A DNA stretch of 64,000 nt from Podarcis filfolensis (GCA_964270895.1 OZ185442.1), one strand, 5' to 3'. Positions 49,790-62,177 are shown, counted from the stretch's first letter. Numbers and translations: made by a program. Notes: generated by a model not told the origin, from the letters alone.

Positions 49790-49981
49790 AAAGACTGCTT
49801 TGTCGATGGAAGGTGGTGCAGTCACAGTATGTTGCACCATTGCAGTGTGTGTAGTGTCAGCTGCTTTGCGGAGCTGGAATCTTGTTCCCAAGGCGCCACA
49901 GTTCGTCAAGGTGATGGTCCGTGAAATTGTCTCTCCCACCACATGAGTGCCAAAGTCAATGAGCTCTTTATCTAGTGCCAG
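49790..49981 (-). CDS. CFAP74: CFAP74 coding exon (192 nt, phase 0/0)
   Basis: ttttcag|CTG...TTT|gtaagc. Encodes LALDKELIDFGTHVVGETISRTITLTNCGALGTRFQLRK...DKAVF. The 5' part is conserved; the donor was chosen as the best in-phase GT site. Confidence 0.88.
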
Positions 49982-50728
49982 CTGAAAAGAGAGGGAGAGA
50001 GGGAGGAAACATAATTACTACTGTCCTAGATAGGCAGTAATGTCAGTTAAATGAACGGCTACCATTTCAAGCACAAGACCTTAAAATCCTTATTGCCGCT
50101 TCAAAAGGCAATGTCACAGTGGGATCTTTTCCCCTTGACTGTTGCATGGAAGCTGCAGCAGATTTATAAATCAATGATTTTTATATTATTTTTTTACAAA
50201 AAGAAAAATGAAATCAAATTATATGGAATGCAAATCATTAAAAAAAAACACCCATCTAAATACTACAGATTGCACTCAGTGTTCATCCTACTCAGAGCCA
50301 GGATTAAGGCCCATTAAATTCAGCGAGTCTACTCTGAGAAGGACTTACAAGGATACAACCCAACATCTCTCATATACAATTGGGTTAATACTAAATCTTG
50401 ATAAAAGCACAAGTCAAAGTTTAATCTCTAAATTAAATCAATGCTTCTACTAGGTACATCAAGTTAGAGGAGGCTTTTCTATGTAAATGAAAAACTCACC
50501 GAATCATTTATCAAATATGAATATTAACACTCTATCACCCACTGAGGTTACAGGACCCCTCTAGTATGATGAACCCATCCTGCACTAATTATCTACATTC
50601 CACAACTGTACATTCATACAAATGTTTCTATCCATTTGGTGAGTATAGGACAGAATATTACAGCCCCTTCCACGGTACAGTAAAGATAATGCTTTTTTAT
50701 CAACTTTGTATTTGGATATCAGGTCTGC

Positions 50729-50960
50729 TAAAAGGTAAAGGTAAAGGTACCCCTGCCCGTACGGGCCAGTCTTGCCAGACTCTAGGGTTGTGCGCTCATC
50801 TCACTCTATAGGCCGGGAGCCAGCGCTGTCCGCAGACACTTCCAGGTCATGTGGCCAGCGTGACAAGCTGCATCTGGCGAGCCAGCGCAGCACACGGAAC
50901 GCCGTTTACCTTCCCGCTGGTAAGCGGTCCCTATTTATCTACTTGCACCCGGGGGTGCTT
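50729..50960 (-). mobile_element. Sauria SINE 3' portion, different subfamily
   Basis: aaaggtaaaggtaaaggtacccctgcccgtacggg tail; body variant relative to the other copies. Confidence 0.85.
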
Positions 50961-52439
50961 GTCCCCAGTACTTCATCCTCCGAGCTGCTGCCTCAGTGAT
51001 ACGCCTTCTGGGATGGGGCATTAACTATATTCATAATTCAGCTATTTTAGTATTTAGGCATGTTTGTTGTGCTGCTCAGTTTTGACATTTAGTGACAAAT
51101 AAGAGATCCAGCTAACCAATTTATTAAGCAATTCATTTCCTGCCAATTTGCTGCTAAGTCAGGGGGCACATTTCTAAACTTGGCAATGCTGATTGCCATG
51201 GAGAGCCAGCAAGAAGTGATTCTCACCCAAGCGTTGAATACTTGTCATGGTTTATTTGATGGGAAATAAATTATTTATGAAACATCCCTGATAAGGGAAA
51301 CACACATACACACACACACACCACAAAATCCTAAATGCATAAGGAGAGCCCTGCTGGATTAGGACAACCCTTTTCTCACAGTGACCATTTGCTAACATTG
51401 TCCTCCGAGATGGCTGTCTAACTGCAAACTCTTGAATAGTCCTGAGGTCCTTCTGTGGTCAGAAAGTAGCACAGAACACATTTACACTGGAATACACATC
51501 AGACTGATCCTATTAACTTGAGGCCTTGGGTGCAGTGATGCACTAACAGGCTTGTCTTTGGGACAGAGGTCCACTCAGCAAAACTAGTAGGAAGGCTCAG
51601 AATTGAGGCGTGTTTGCGGAAGGAACAAGCAGCAATGCACTACATAGACTCAGCCTAACCTACCTCACAGGGTTGTTACAGAGATCAAAATGGGGTGGAA
51701 TAGAAACATGTGCACCACTTTGAGCTCCTTGCCCCTTTGCTGGTTTCCTACAATTTGCCTTTGAAGAATTAAAATGCTGCTACCTTGCAATGCCTTGATA
51801 GCAGGCACATGTTGTGGAACTAATCATGTCCTTGGTTGTACAAGGAGCTTGTTTAAGCATCTATGTTTAATAAGAGCGACTGTCCTTGATGGAACTGTGC
51901 GTCCGATGCCTAAAAATAATGCGTTGACGTCTTTTCCCCTCGAATAGCTGCTTGATAAAATTCTCGAAAGGCTCCCAACAATGTATCAGCAATAAATAAA
52001 TAAACAAACAAAAGGTTCATAAACTTTTATTGCAAGCTGTTGGTTAGATTTCAAGATGCTGTTGTTTTCCACTGCACAGCTAATTTTAGGAACAAATTCT
52101 CTGAAGTTGTTGTCTTTGAGCATTATACTCAAGTGCACTTTTAAATGGAACCACCTACATGTGTTTTTGCAGCACTGGCACCTGTAGTCTTAAAAAGAAA
52201 AAACACTATAGCAATACGTATTATTTAAAATTTAAAACAGAGAACTTCTGTGTGTTTGGGACGACCCTGTTCTCTGCTGTTTTTCTGAGGCTTTCCTCCA
52301 AGTGGTGCTATGCAAAGCGGGTCCCTTTCAATAATGGCACAAATTGTGTGAAATGTCAGGTTTTACAACATACTCCTTTCACTGCCAGGTCAAGAGTGGT
52401 TTTCCCTGCTCTGAAGGCTTTAAAGTCAATTCTTTTCAG

Positions 52440-52980
52440 GCCCTTTTCAAGGGAGACAGCTTGAATGTGAGTGGAGGAAGACTCCAGTCGAATGAAGTCA
52501 AACACTGGTGAGGACTCATCATCGAGCCAACCTAGTGGCAGTGAAGGCAGAAAAGAAGGCATACTTTGCTGCCTCCATTGCATCCTCACTGTGCTGTTCA
52601 GCAGAGCTTTTCCAGGTAGTGTGGGTCCTTTTAAAGTCTGGCCCAAAGGAGGTGACAAAACCAACAGTAGTTTGCTGTGACTTGTTTGCTAAGCATTTTG
52701 AGGATAAAATCAATTGCATCTGCTTGGACCTTGACTCCACTCTTAAAGCAGATAATCTAGTCATGTTGGATGAAGTTAAACAATACGGCTTGAGGATGTG
52801 GACAGGTGCTTGGATTGGTCAGAGCAACCACTTGCGCTCTGGACCATTGCCCCTCTTGGTTGATAAAACTAGCAGGGAAGGGACAGCCAGATGGATGAGG
52901 GAGGTGATACCTGCCTGCTTGAAGGAGGCAGTGGTAAAAGCACTCCTCAGGAAACCCTCCCTGGATTCAGAAAATCTAAG
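52440..52980 (+). mobile_element. Decayed L2 LINE ORF2 internal fragment
   Basis: ORF 52508-53002 carries AVKAEKKAYFAASIASS...ELFQVV and LKEAVVKALLRKPSLD, typical L2/CR1-clade linker-RT motifs; cut by a MITE at 52983. Confidence 0.8.
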
Positions 52981-52982
52981 TA

Positions 52983-53147
52983 CCATATTTTTCTGTGTAT
53001 AGGACTAGGTTTTTTCCTAAAAAATAATGTCAAAAATTAGGGGGCGTCTTATACACGGGGCCATCTCACCCCATTTTCTTAAATCTGAGTCCCCCAAAAC
53101 AGGGGGCATCTTATACATGGGAGCCTCTTATAGACGGAAAAATACGG
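52983..53147. mobile_element. TcMar-Tigger-like MITE (165 bp)
   Basis: TA|CCATATTTTTCTGTGTATA ... TATAGACGGAAAAATACGG|TA; same family as 19125-19276. Confidence 0.82.
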
Positions 53148-54972
53148 TAATTACCAGCCAATTGCCGGTCTCTCCTTCTTGGGCAAGGTTCTTGAGTCTG
53201 ATTAGCGAGGGGTTAATGCCACAGAGTAAGCTGTCCTGCCAGGCCTCTGTCTACCTGAGAAGCTCAGAACCTAAAGAGGTATGAGCTGGTTGCTCCAAGC
53301 TCTAACAATATGGTTCTAACAAGCCTCTCTTGAGTTCCTGTACCAATAATTTAAGAACTTTCACCACTGTAACCAAGCCAGGTTTTAATGCCTGTGCAAC
53401 TTTTTCTGATTGCTGTATGGAAAAAGCACATGAATCTGACCTTTGAAGAGTTCATAAGTAGAACGTTTTTAAAGCGTGTGACCTTTTCCTATGCTAGTGG
53501 AAGAGGGGAACTTTGGTAGGAACTGAGAAGAGCATATTTTAAAGGTCTAACAGCCTACATTTCCATGCTTTCCTATGTTTCATATTTTGTGATTTTAAAT
53601 AACTGTTGGGGTTTTCTCACCTAAGAGTACTTGCCCCAAACCTGGATCTTGGCATCGAGGAAATTCTCCTTTTATGCTCCCCCCCTTGCCACCAACACTT
53701 GCTTCAACAGAGACGGTGGTGAACTGAGGCCTTCTGAACTTCTGTCTCCTGTCCACCTCTCCTTTGCTCCACCTTCTTTGTTGGAGAACAAGAGACTCTT
53801 AAAGAGCCAAAGCTATCAGCTGAAAATGGGCACTTCTCTGTTACTCCATGGTCTCCCACTTGGAACACTCTCCATACCAACAGACTGGTGTGTGTAGGAG
53901 TGCCAAGGCTCCTCTCATTGTAGCTATGGAGACAACAGCTGTTCCCGCTTTGGAGTGCTGCTATGCTGACCTGATTAGAGTTACAAGGCAGCAGCTTACT
54001 TAAAGGAAGCTAATAAGGGGAGGGGGGTGGAGCCAAGCATTCTGGAACACAAGCCTCAGACTTCAGGAAATCATACCAGGAGACAGTACTGGGCTTGGCA
54101 ACTGGTGGGCACCCTCAGTACAGAGCAGCCCGAGTGTTCCAGTGGCCACTTCATCCCCTCCTGAAGCTGAGCAACAGTGGTGCTCTACAACCCTGTGGTC
54201 GCCACCAGCTGTGCCACAGCCAGGGCTTGGGACTGGTCTAATTCTTCTTAAGGCCAGATATACCTCCTCCATACTTAAGTTAGATGAAATCTTGAATTCT
54301 TGCACCAAGGAAACAACTTGCTCCGATAAAGCTTAACAGCAGATTGAACCTTTTTAAGACTATGCCCCCACACTACCTTTCCTGGGCTCCGCCCCCCACT
54401 TTGTGGATAACTTTAGGTTCTTAGTGGGCCAGCTCTCCGGTTGGAAGATGGGCACCCCTCCTCTGTCCCAAAGCCTCTTGCTTGTTGTGCTTCCTGCACC
54501 TCAGTACGGGGTCCTGTGAGGGGACATTCAGCTCCTCTGAGAAAGGTGCCAATGAATGAACTGGCTCTGCCAGTCTTCACTCTGGCTCCGCCTACTGTTG
54601 GCTGTCTTCTGCCCTAACAGTACCAGTAGCTACCAACCTTTGCTGCAACTGGATAATGAATTTAAGGTACTTGGAACACCTGTAAAGTGCTATACAAAAT
54701 GTTAAGCATTGCTTTTACTACTTCAGCATTTTATAACTGCACAACAGGCAAGTCACAAGTGACTTGGGTTGCAGTTCCACAGACAAGTCACCAAAACATA
54801 TGCAGAAATTGTGTTTACTCCAGAATAAATGGTGTCTGGATTTGCTGGATTAAAAAGGAGAGAGAATGCAACCAGTTTCCCTCCCTCTACTTGCTAATAT
54901 CTTTACTTTCATTCCTATTTCCTGAAACAGGGCTGTCTCATCCAAAGATTCAAGGATAAGTATTGGACTCAC

Positions 54973-55062
54973 CACACACTTCTTGGTTGAACACTTGAGT
55001 GGGATTGAGAAGGAGCCAATCTGAGATAAAAATGTGACTTCTCCTTCAAGATCTTGGTTTAT
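54973..55062 (-). CDS. CFAP74: CFAP74 coding exon (90 nt, phase 0/0)
   Basis: tttttag|ATA...GTG|gtgagt. Encodes INQDLEGEVTFLSQIGSFSIPLKCSTKKCV. Confidence 0.95.
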
Positions 55063-57045
55063 CTAAAAAGGAAACAAAAATTGCTCTTCAGAATCTAGTT
55101 ATACCTGTCAGTAAATTAAGCATTGCTTTAGACTACTTAAGAGGTTAATAAAAAGTGTGCAACATTTTGCAGGATTACAGCAAGTATTACAGTCTTTCCA
55201 TATATAGCCCTAGCTCTGGAATTAAGGCAGATTCACCCAGCACTATTACTGTGATTTTTTTTAAAAAAAATCAGTCCTATTTGCATAAGCTTTTAACCAT
55301 AATTAGTATCAACTGTCCACCAGCCCTTCTTATTGGCAACTGTGCTATTGTTTACTTACACATGGTTTAATCGGGCTATTGCTATTACTTCATACTGTTT
55401 TATATCTATTATGCAAGTCAACTTGAAAGCTGAATTAGTGGGTATACAGCCATGGTGAAGAACTTCAGGCCTGGAGGCAGAATGTGGTCCTTCAAGCCTC
55501 CCTAACTGGCCCTCAAAAGTCTCACCTAGCCACACACCTTTTCCCCGGGCAACACCCCCTCTCTGGCCCTGCTTCATGCCCCCTAGTGTTTTTGCCTGGC
55601 TGGTACGTGTCTTTGCTCCTTGTTTGGTTTTAAATAAAAACACTGAAGGTCAAACTAGACTCACATTTAAACTCTTATCATCCCGCAGTAGCCCTGAGTA
55701 AATCCTTGCTGTTTGCATTACACCAATGGAAACTTTTCCCGCCAATGGAAGTTTTTCTTCTAATGCAAATTGCAGGCATGCCACCCCTGTCCCACCCAGG
55801 TTGGAACATCTGCTTAAACAAAAGGGTTAAAGCCCCCTAACTTCTGTGTGAGGGTCTAATCCCAAACAAGACTCCTACATCTGCTAATCTGTATAGTATT
55901 ATGGGTACATCCAATAGGTGGGACAATAGGGCATGTAACATTGTGAATGGACACTGCCATTGCTGGTTGGCTATGGCTGAAAGTCTAGCCACCCCTGCCT
56001 TAGGTGTCTATTAAAGTGAACAGGAGGGAAGCATTTGCTCTTGTAGACTGTCACCAGCCAGAAAGCATTTCATCAAGTCCATGGTCCCTCTTTAGATGCA
56101 TTTATGGGAGGGATTGCAGTTCAGTGGTACAGGGGCTGCTTTGCATGCAGTAAGTTTCAGGTTCAGTCTTTTGCCCCCCCCTCTATTTTTAAAAATATCA
56201 CTTTTTATTTGCAAACAAAACAGGAGAAAAAGAAGAAATAATTTTAAAAATAAACTCCTTTGCCAGCTGACATTACTAACAATATTCCATCTATCCTGAT
56301 TTAAATGTATGAATATAGGTTGCCCGTAAAAGTATCTGAACGAAACAGATGATTACGAACCACACAATCAAATGTAGAATGGTCAGTGAGATCTTCAAAT
56401 CACTGGTGGGTGTTTCTCCTTCCAACCTTACAGGATTCTCAGAACTGTTGTCCATCTGTTAGTCCCCACTCCACAAGAATATCATTTAAGAGCTTGTGAA
56501 CATTCACAAATGTCAAGGATTTATCCAAGACAACATTGATGTGAGCAGTAATTTCTGATCAGAATGAAAACTCTGCAGCAATTTCAGTGCTCCATCAGCA
56601 ACACCCGTCTGAACTGTCTGAATTCCTTCCTATGGAGGTGCTGTGGAGTCCAGTATGCCCCAAACATAAACCTTTGTTGGCTCAATCTCCATTTTAAATC
56701 TAAAGAAATGCTGCACACCAATGATAAAGCAACATTCCATTGATTTACCTTGCAGTACCTGGAATCCTGAAGGGCTACAGTCATTCAGAGTGGCCAACAC
56801 TGGGGCAGAAAAATACTCTGCCCTGGGGGAAAAACAGCTTTCTACACTCCTAATTTTTCCTCAGTTCAAGAAGGAAGCATCTCAAAATGTCAGCTCTCTA
56901 TGACTGGTACAGTTATAAAACAGAATGATGGAATTTCACGGTTTGCAAAAAGCAGATCAACCTTGTGTGACTCTTCACTTAATCCTTTTGCTATCATGAA
57001 ATTTGCAAATGCCATTTAATCAGGATGACTGCATGGCACGCCTAC

Positions 57046-57112
57046 CATAGGTTTAAAGGTCACCCCTACTTCGCAAGACATTCCAGAAGACATTGGGCCC
57101 GGAGGATCAAAG
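57046..57112 (-). CDS. CFAP74: CFAP74 coding exon (67 nt, phase 2/0)
   Basis: tgcag|C...ATG|gtaggc. Encodes FDPPGPMSSGMSCEVGVTFKPM (human FDPPGPLSAGMSCEVLVTFKPM). Confidence 0.95.
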
Positions 57113-57657
57113 CTGCAGTGGGAAATGAAAGACAGAATTAGATGACCATTTGAATGACTTATTTGTGCTGTTCTTGTAACAGCAGCAAGCAAAATATGTG
57201 ACTAAAATCATTTTAATCAATCAAGGTTTTTTTGAAATGAATCAGCTGTCATTTTCCAAATTAACTGACAGGTCTTTAAAATTCGCATATATTTTGAAAA
57301 TTACTGAAACTTCAGTACAGAGGCCTTTTCGAGACCTACTTTAGTACATTTGCTGTTTGAGAGATTATTATTCACTGTTCAAAGGGAACAACAGATTTAA
57401 TGTTGCTGTTTTTTTACAATCCTTATTAAAATAAAAGAGAAATAGTATTAAAAATAAGCTAGGGACAGGTGAATCTGTCCATTTCAGTTTCTCATTTTTC
57501 CAATCTCAAATTCAGTTCCCCATATTTCAACACCTGTCTGCATTTATTTTTTAAATTCTCATTAAAATTATCAGTAAATTTCTCCTAATAAAAACATTTT
57601 TTCAAAACAAGTTTTCCTAATAGAATGTATTTTGCACGTTATTTTCCCTAATATATA

Positions 57658-58197
57658 CCATATTTTTCACCCTATAGGACGCACTTTTTCCCCTCCAAAA
57701 ATGAAGGGGAAATGTGGGTGCGTCCTATGGGGCGAATACAGGCTTTCGCTGAAGCCTGGAGAGCGAGAGGCTCTCGCTCTCCAGGCTTCAGGAAGCTCTG
57801 CGCAACCCTCCGGAGCCCGGCGCCAAGCCGCGCCGGCCTCCGGAGGGTCACGCAGAGCTGCCTGCCCTCCCGGGCTCCGCGCAACTCTGCGCGACCCTCC
57901 GGAGCCCGGCGCCAAGCTGCGCCGGGCTCCGATGGGTCGCGCAGAGCTGCCTGCATTAGGAAGCCTCAGTGCGCCTGGGCTTCGCACAGCTGTCCGCAAG
58001 CCTGGGGAGACCGGCGCGGCTCCCTAGGCTTGCGGATAGCAGGCTCTTCTGGGGGCTGGGGTCGGGGGAAGCTCGGGCTTCCCCCGCGCCAGCCCCATGC
58101 CTGGGGGGGAAATTAAATTTTTTTCTTTATTTCCCCCTCCCCCCAAAAACTAGGTGCGTCCTATAGGGCGGTGCGTCCTATGGGGCGAAAAATACGG
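57658..58197. mobile_element. TcMar-Tigger-like MITE (540 bp) with GC-rich duplicated hairpin core
   Basis: TA|CCATATTTTTCACCCTATAGGACGCAC ... GTGCGTCCTATGGGGCGAAAAATACGG|TA. Confidence 0.88.
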
Positions 58198-59929
58198 TAC
58201 ATTTTATGCACACTTTACCCTGGTATGTGCCTTTCTACAAACATCACTGGGCTGAAGAACTGCTCTGCAATTTTCAAAAGATGTACGTGTTTTACTTCAC
58301 ATCATGGGTGGTTGTTCTCAATAAAATCCTGGCTACATTCAGATATTTTTCCTATCAGTATCAATCTCATATGGATACCCATCTGGCCATCTGGAAGTCT
58401 TATATGAATCTAAATGCTTAATTTAAGATTCATGAACAGATGAGATGATCACTGTAATTCACGATGTGAACTGATGGTGGTCTATTATTAGTAGTATTCT
58501 TGATAGTATTTTTATGTATCATTATTATTATGTTTTTTTCTCTTCTCCTTCTTTAATTTTATTTCATCTTTTTTCTTTTTTTTCTTGTTAAATTTAAATA
58601 AACAAATAAGCAAACCAAAAGCGGTAAGCCAAGTACAAACCATGGCTACAAATTATGATTTCTTTGGAACAAAACAAACCATAATCCCTGATTCATGCAT
58701 AACGCTAAACCAGGGTTCTTTTTTTAGTTTTTCCTGGGGTTTTTTGAGGCAGGGATACAAAGTGGGCAAAACTAGCTTATACACCATTAACTATGGGTCA
58801 CACGCAGTGGTGGTATACAACATAAATCGGACTCTTGAAAGTATTCTATACATTTCAAGTATTTATCATTATTATTGCCCTGAATTTGATATTTGATAAT
58901 TGACACACCAGTGTAACAGTGTTGTGTACCTTTAGCATAAGAAGAGAGAGCTCTGTCACATGACACATAACCACTGTAACTATTTTTAAGCATGCAAAGG
59001 TAGAGTTTCCTGCTTCCAGGGTGGGGGGGGGGCGGAATAATCCAGCCTGGCAAGCCAATCCCTGATTGGGACTCTTAAAAGGATGACATGAAAGTAAGAT
59101 GTCAAGTTGCCATTTGATTTACAGCATAATTTCTGAACACTTGGCTAAAACCGGTCACTGTAATAAGCTGCTAATTTACAGCTTTCAACTTGAGATGAGA
59201 GTATTAGAGAGCCCGAGTTCAATCCACACAGATCTTTTCTTTCCAAGAGCCACCCCTAGCAGCAAATCTGCTGCAGCATGTAATCTTTGTCGAGAAGAGG
59301 ATGTAGAGTCGAAAATGCTACCCACGTGCTTGCTTAATATGTGCCGACACAGGAATAAAGTTGTGCTTTCACCATATGAATTTGCTAATCAACATTATGT
59401 TCTTAAGTATCAGGTACCAAAGGAAATAAATCAAGCTTCATGAATGGTACCCTGTAAAACAGGAATTGGCAACATGCACCCCATTGTAGTTGGACTGGAA
59501 TGCCCATCATTCCTGTTCATTGGTCATGCTGGCTGAAATTGATGGTAGTTATAATCCAACCACTTCTGGAGGGTTGCGGGTTCTGCATCCCTGATTAAAC
59601 TACAATCCTAAACATGTTTGTTTGGAAGTAAATTCTGGGCTTCTTCCGTAGAACAATGCAGGGGGCCCCTGTGGCTCTCCAGGTGTGGCTGGACTCCAAC
59701 TGCCACCATCCCTGGCCATTGGCCATGCCTGCTGGGATTGCTGGGAGTTGCAGTTCAGCAACATCTGGGGACCAAAGGTTCCTCACATACAATGACCAGG
59801 GACTTGTGGCTCTACAGGTGTTGCTGGGCTCTAGCTCCCAGCATATCTGGCCACTGGACTACTAAGGCGGATGGGAGTTGGGTCCCATAACATCTTGGGG
59901 AGGAAGGGCCAAAACTTCTTCCATCTCTG

Positions 59930-60667
59930 TCACAGGAGATGACATGGGGAAGCTAGCCTTATTAGACTTTACCGATGGTAGGGTGCGCGTTGCTCCCAGA
60001 ACAGGGAGGAAGGAGTCAAATGACACTGAGGTTGATTCAGAGAAAGAGTTTATTCTGCTCTCCGGATAGCAGAAGGCACTTCCGTGGTCAGTTCACAGGA
60101 AGTACAAAGAAAGGAGAGATTTCATGCTGTATATATATCCTCCAGGCACCCTCTCCCTCCTTCCCCAGGAATCCAGACACGTAAGCTTATACACGTAAGT
60201 TGACATCACAGATGTTCCTGCTCATGTACTCTTAACCATAAAAGGGTGTTCCTGTTCCTGTGCTCTTGACCATAAAAGGGTGTTCCTGTACTCTTGACCA
60301 TAAAAGGGTGTTCCTGTTCCTGTATTCCTTATCTTGGGGTAAGAAGGTCATCAACTCTAAGAGTACTCCTAGCGCCGTTCCCAGGGGGCTGACAAGGTCT
60401 GTGCGTCATTGTGGTCAGGAAGTAAGATAAGACCCAGACGTGCCATCCCTGCTCCACTCAGAACTGGCAAGGCCATCCATTGCCGTCATGGACTGATAAA
60501 GGAGAGGGCTTTGAGCACTTGTTTATACAGCTGGGTTTCTGTTTATACATAGGCTCAAGAGCTCAAGTTAATGCATTTTAGAAATGCTCTCTTGGAGAAG
60601 GAAAAATGCGGATTTTGGGGCCCGTTTCAGCCAGACTGCACAGAAACCCATTCTTTCCCCCTTCACA
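59930..60667 (-). mobile_element. Probable solo LTR (~700 bp; left boundary approximate), same sense as CFAP74
   Basis: Minus strand starts TGTGAAGGGG; TATATA box 60138-60130; AATAAA 60054-60049; three tandem 28-34-bp repeats 60227-60322. No clean TSD found. Confidence 0.65.
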
Positions 60668-61028
60668 GGGAACCTTGGCTAGGACCCAGGCTAGGACCCA
60701 CAGACTGTGAGAACCGTTGACCAACCATATGGTGTTGGCCTACCACTCCTGAATCCCATTAGCCTTGACTATTGGCCATGCTGATGAGAGATCTAGCTCA
60801 GCAACACTTGGAAGACCAAAGGTTCCCCACTTCTGCAGTAGTGGAAAATCCTGTTTCTTTACTACCATGGTCATTTGCTGCATTGCTGGCCTTCAGAAAA
60901 GTTAGCAGTGGCTGAAGCATCCAACTGGGAAGCTGTAAAGTCTAACAAGTGCCACTGCTCATTTTCTTTTCCACCTCCCCTGCACCCCCAGTCCCAGAAG
61001 AAGCAAAAATCCAACCAAATGTACTTAC

Positions 61029-61147
61029 TGAACTGTGAAAAAATCCTTGAGGTGTTCACTGACTCCCACCAGCTTGCAGTAGTTAATGCTATAGAAAGCA
61101 TTGATCAAAATCATCTTCTTTTTATAGGTTTTACCAATGTCAAAGTC
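61029..61147 (-). CDS. CFAP74: CFAP74 coding exon (119 nt, phase 0/2)
   Basis: ttccag|GAC...CA|gtaagt. Encodes DFDIGKTYKKKMILINAFYSINYCKLVGVSEHLKDFFTV (human DFDIGKVYKKKITLVNTTYTINYCKLVGVEEHLRDFIHV). Confidence 0.95.
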
Positions 61148-62145
61148 CTGGAAAGAATTAAAACATGTGGTATTCTAACACACTAAGAGATTTTGTGGTG
61201 GATAGAAATGTCATTGACTGTGATTGGCTGAGCTGCCCTCATATCACACAAGAGTCAGGGCACTCAAAAGGCTTTCTTGTTGCCATTGGCTGAGTTCTAT
61301 TGAACTTACTTCTGAGTAGACATGTATAGGATTGTATTGTTAATTATAAATTGTTCTTTAGATTCCAACAGGGATTAATTTGGCAGTGTACTTTTATTTT
61401 TAAAAAACAATTGTAATACAAAAGCTAACTAACGGGAGGTAGCATGCACCATCCTAGAAGAAGCATTCCCCTTCTTTCACACACAAGGGAACACCCCTTC
61501 TAAGACTGCCTACAATGGTGGCTAACTTGTGGCCCTCCAGGTGCTGTTAGATTCTAACTGCCATCAGCTCTAGCCAGCATAGCCAATGGTCACGGATGAT
61601 AGAAGTGGTGGTTCAACAATACCTAGAAGGCCACAGGTTCACCATCCTTGTGTTATAGTGCGAACCTGTGAATATTTATTTAAATAAAGTCCCATAGTAA
61701 TCAATGGTGCTTACTCCCAGGTATGGAATTGCAGCCATAATTCATAGTTCCATTAAACAGGGTCATTCTGCAATTGATTAATCCATGAAATACCTCAATT
61801 ACAAGCAACCTGATTGGCTAAAAAAGATCAGTTAGGCTCAAGATCTATTTAAAATTTATTTTTAAATACATGAACAGCCATAGGTCAGGGTGGAGGAACC
61901 TATGACTTTCCAGGTGTTGTTGGATTGCAATTCCCACCAGCATGGCCAATAAGCAGGGATCATGGGATATGTCGTCCAGCAACATCTGGAGAGGCATATG
62001 CTCCCTATCTTTGGAATGAACCTAAAAAAGAATGCACAATATGTTTCAATATGTTGTAAGTGTCTTAAATATCTTTGAGTCAATCTGTTGCATACCTTTT
62101 GAATTTTTCAGAGCCTTATGTTTCCCCTTTCTTTAAGTATGAAGC

Positions 62146-62177
<32 letters not shown>

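Noticed and set aside
50500-50561. Possible extra exon ending in TCG|gtgagt
   Set aside because: The acceptor lacks a pyrimidine tract, and the flanking exons already join in frame with continuous homology.
56100-56170. tRNA-Ala-like sequence (similar heads near 12100, 14470, 38150, 43100)
   Set aside because: Degenerate, multi-copy and embedded in a SINE body; no cloverleaf.
57632-58166. Several overlapping Arg/Ala/Pro-rich ORFs
   Set aside because: Stop-poor GC-rich interior of a MITE, open on both strands; not a gene.
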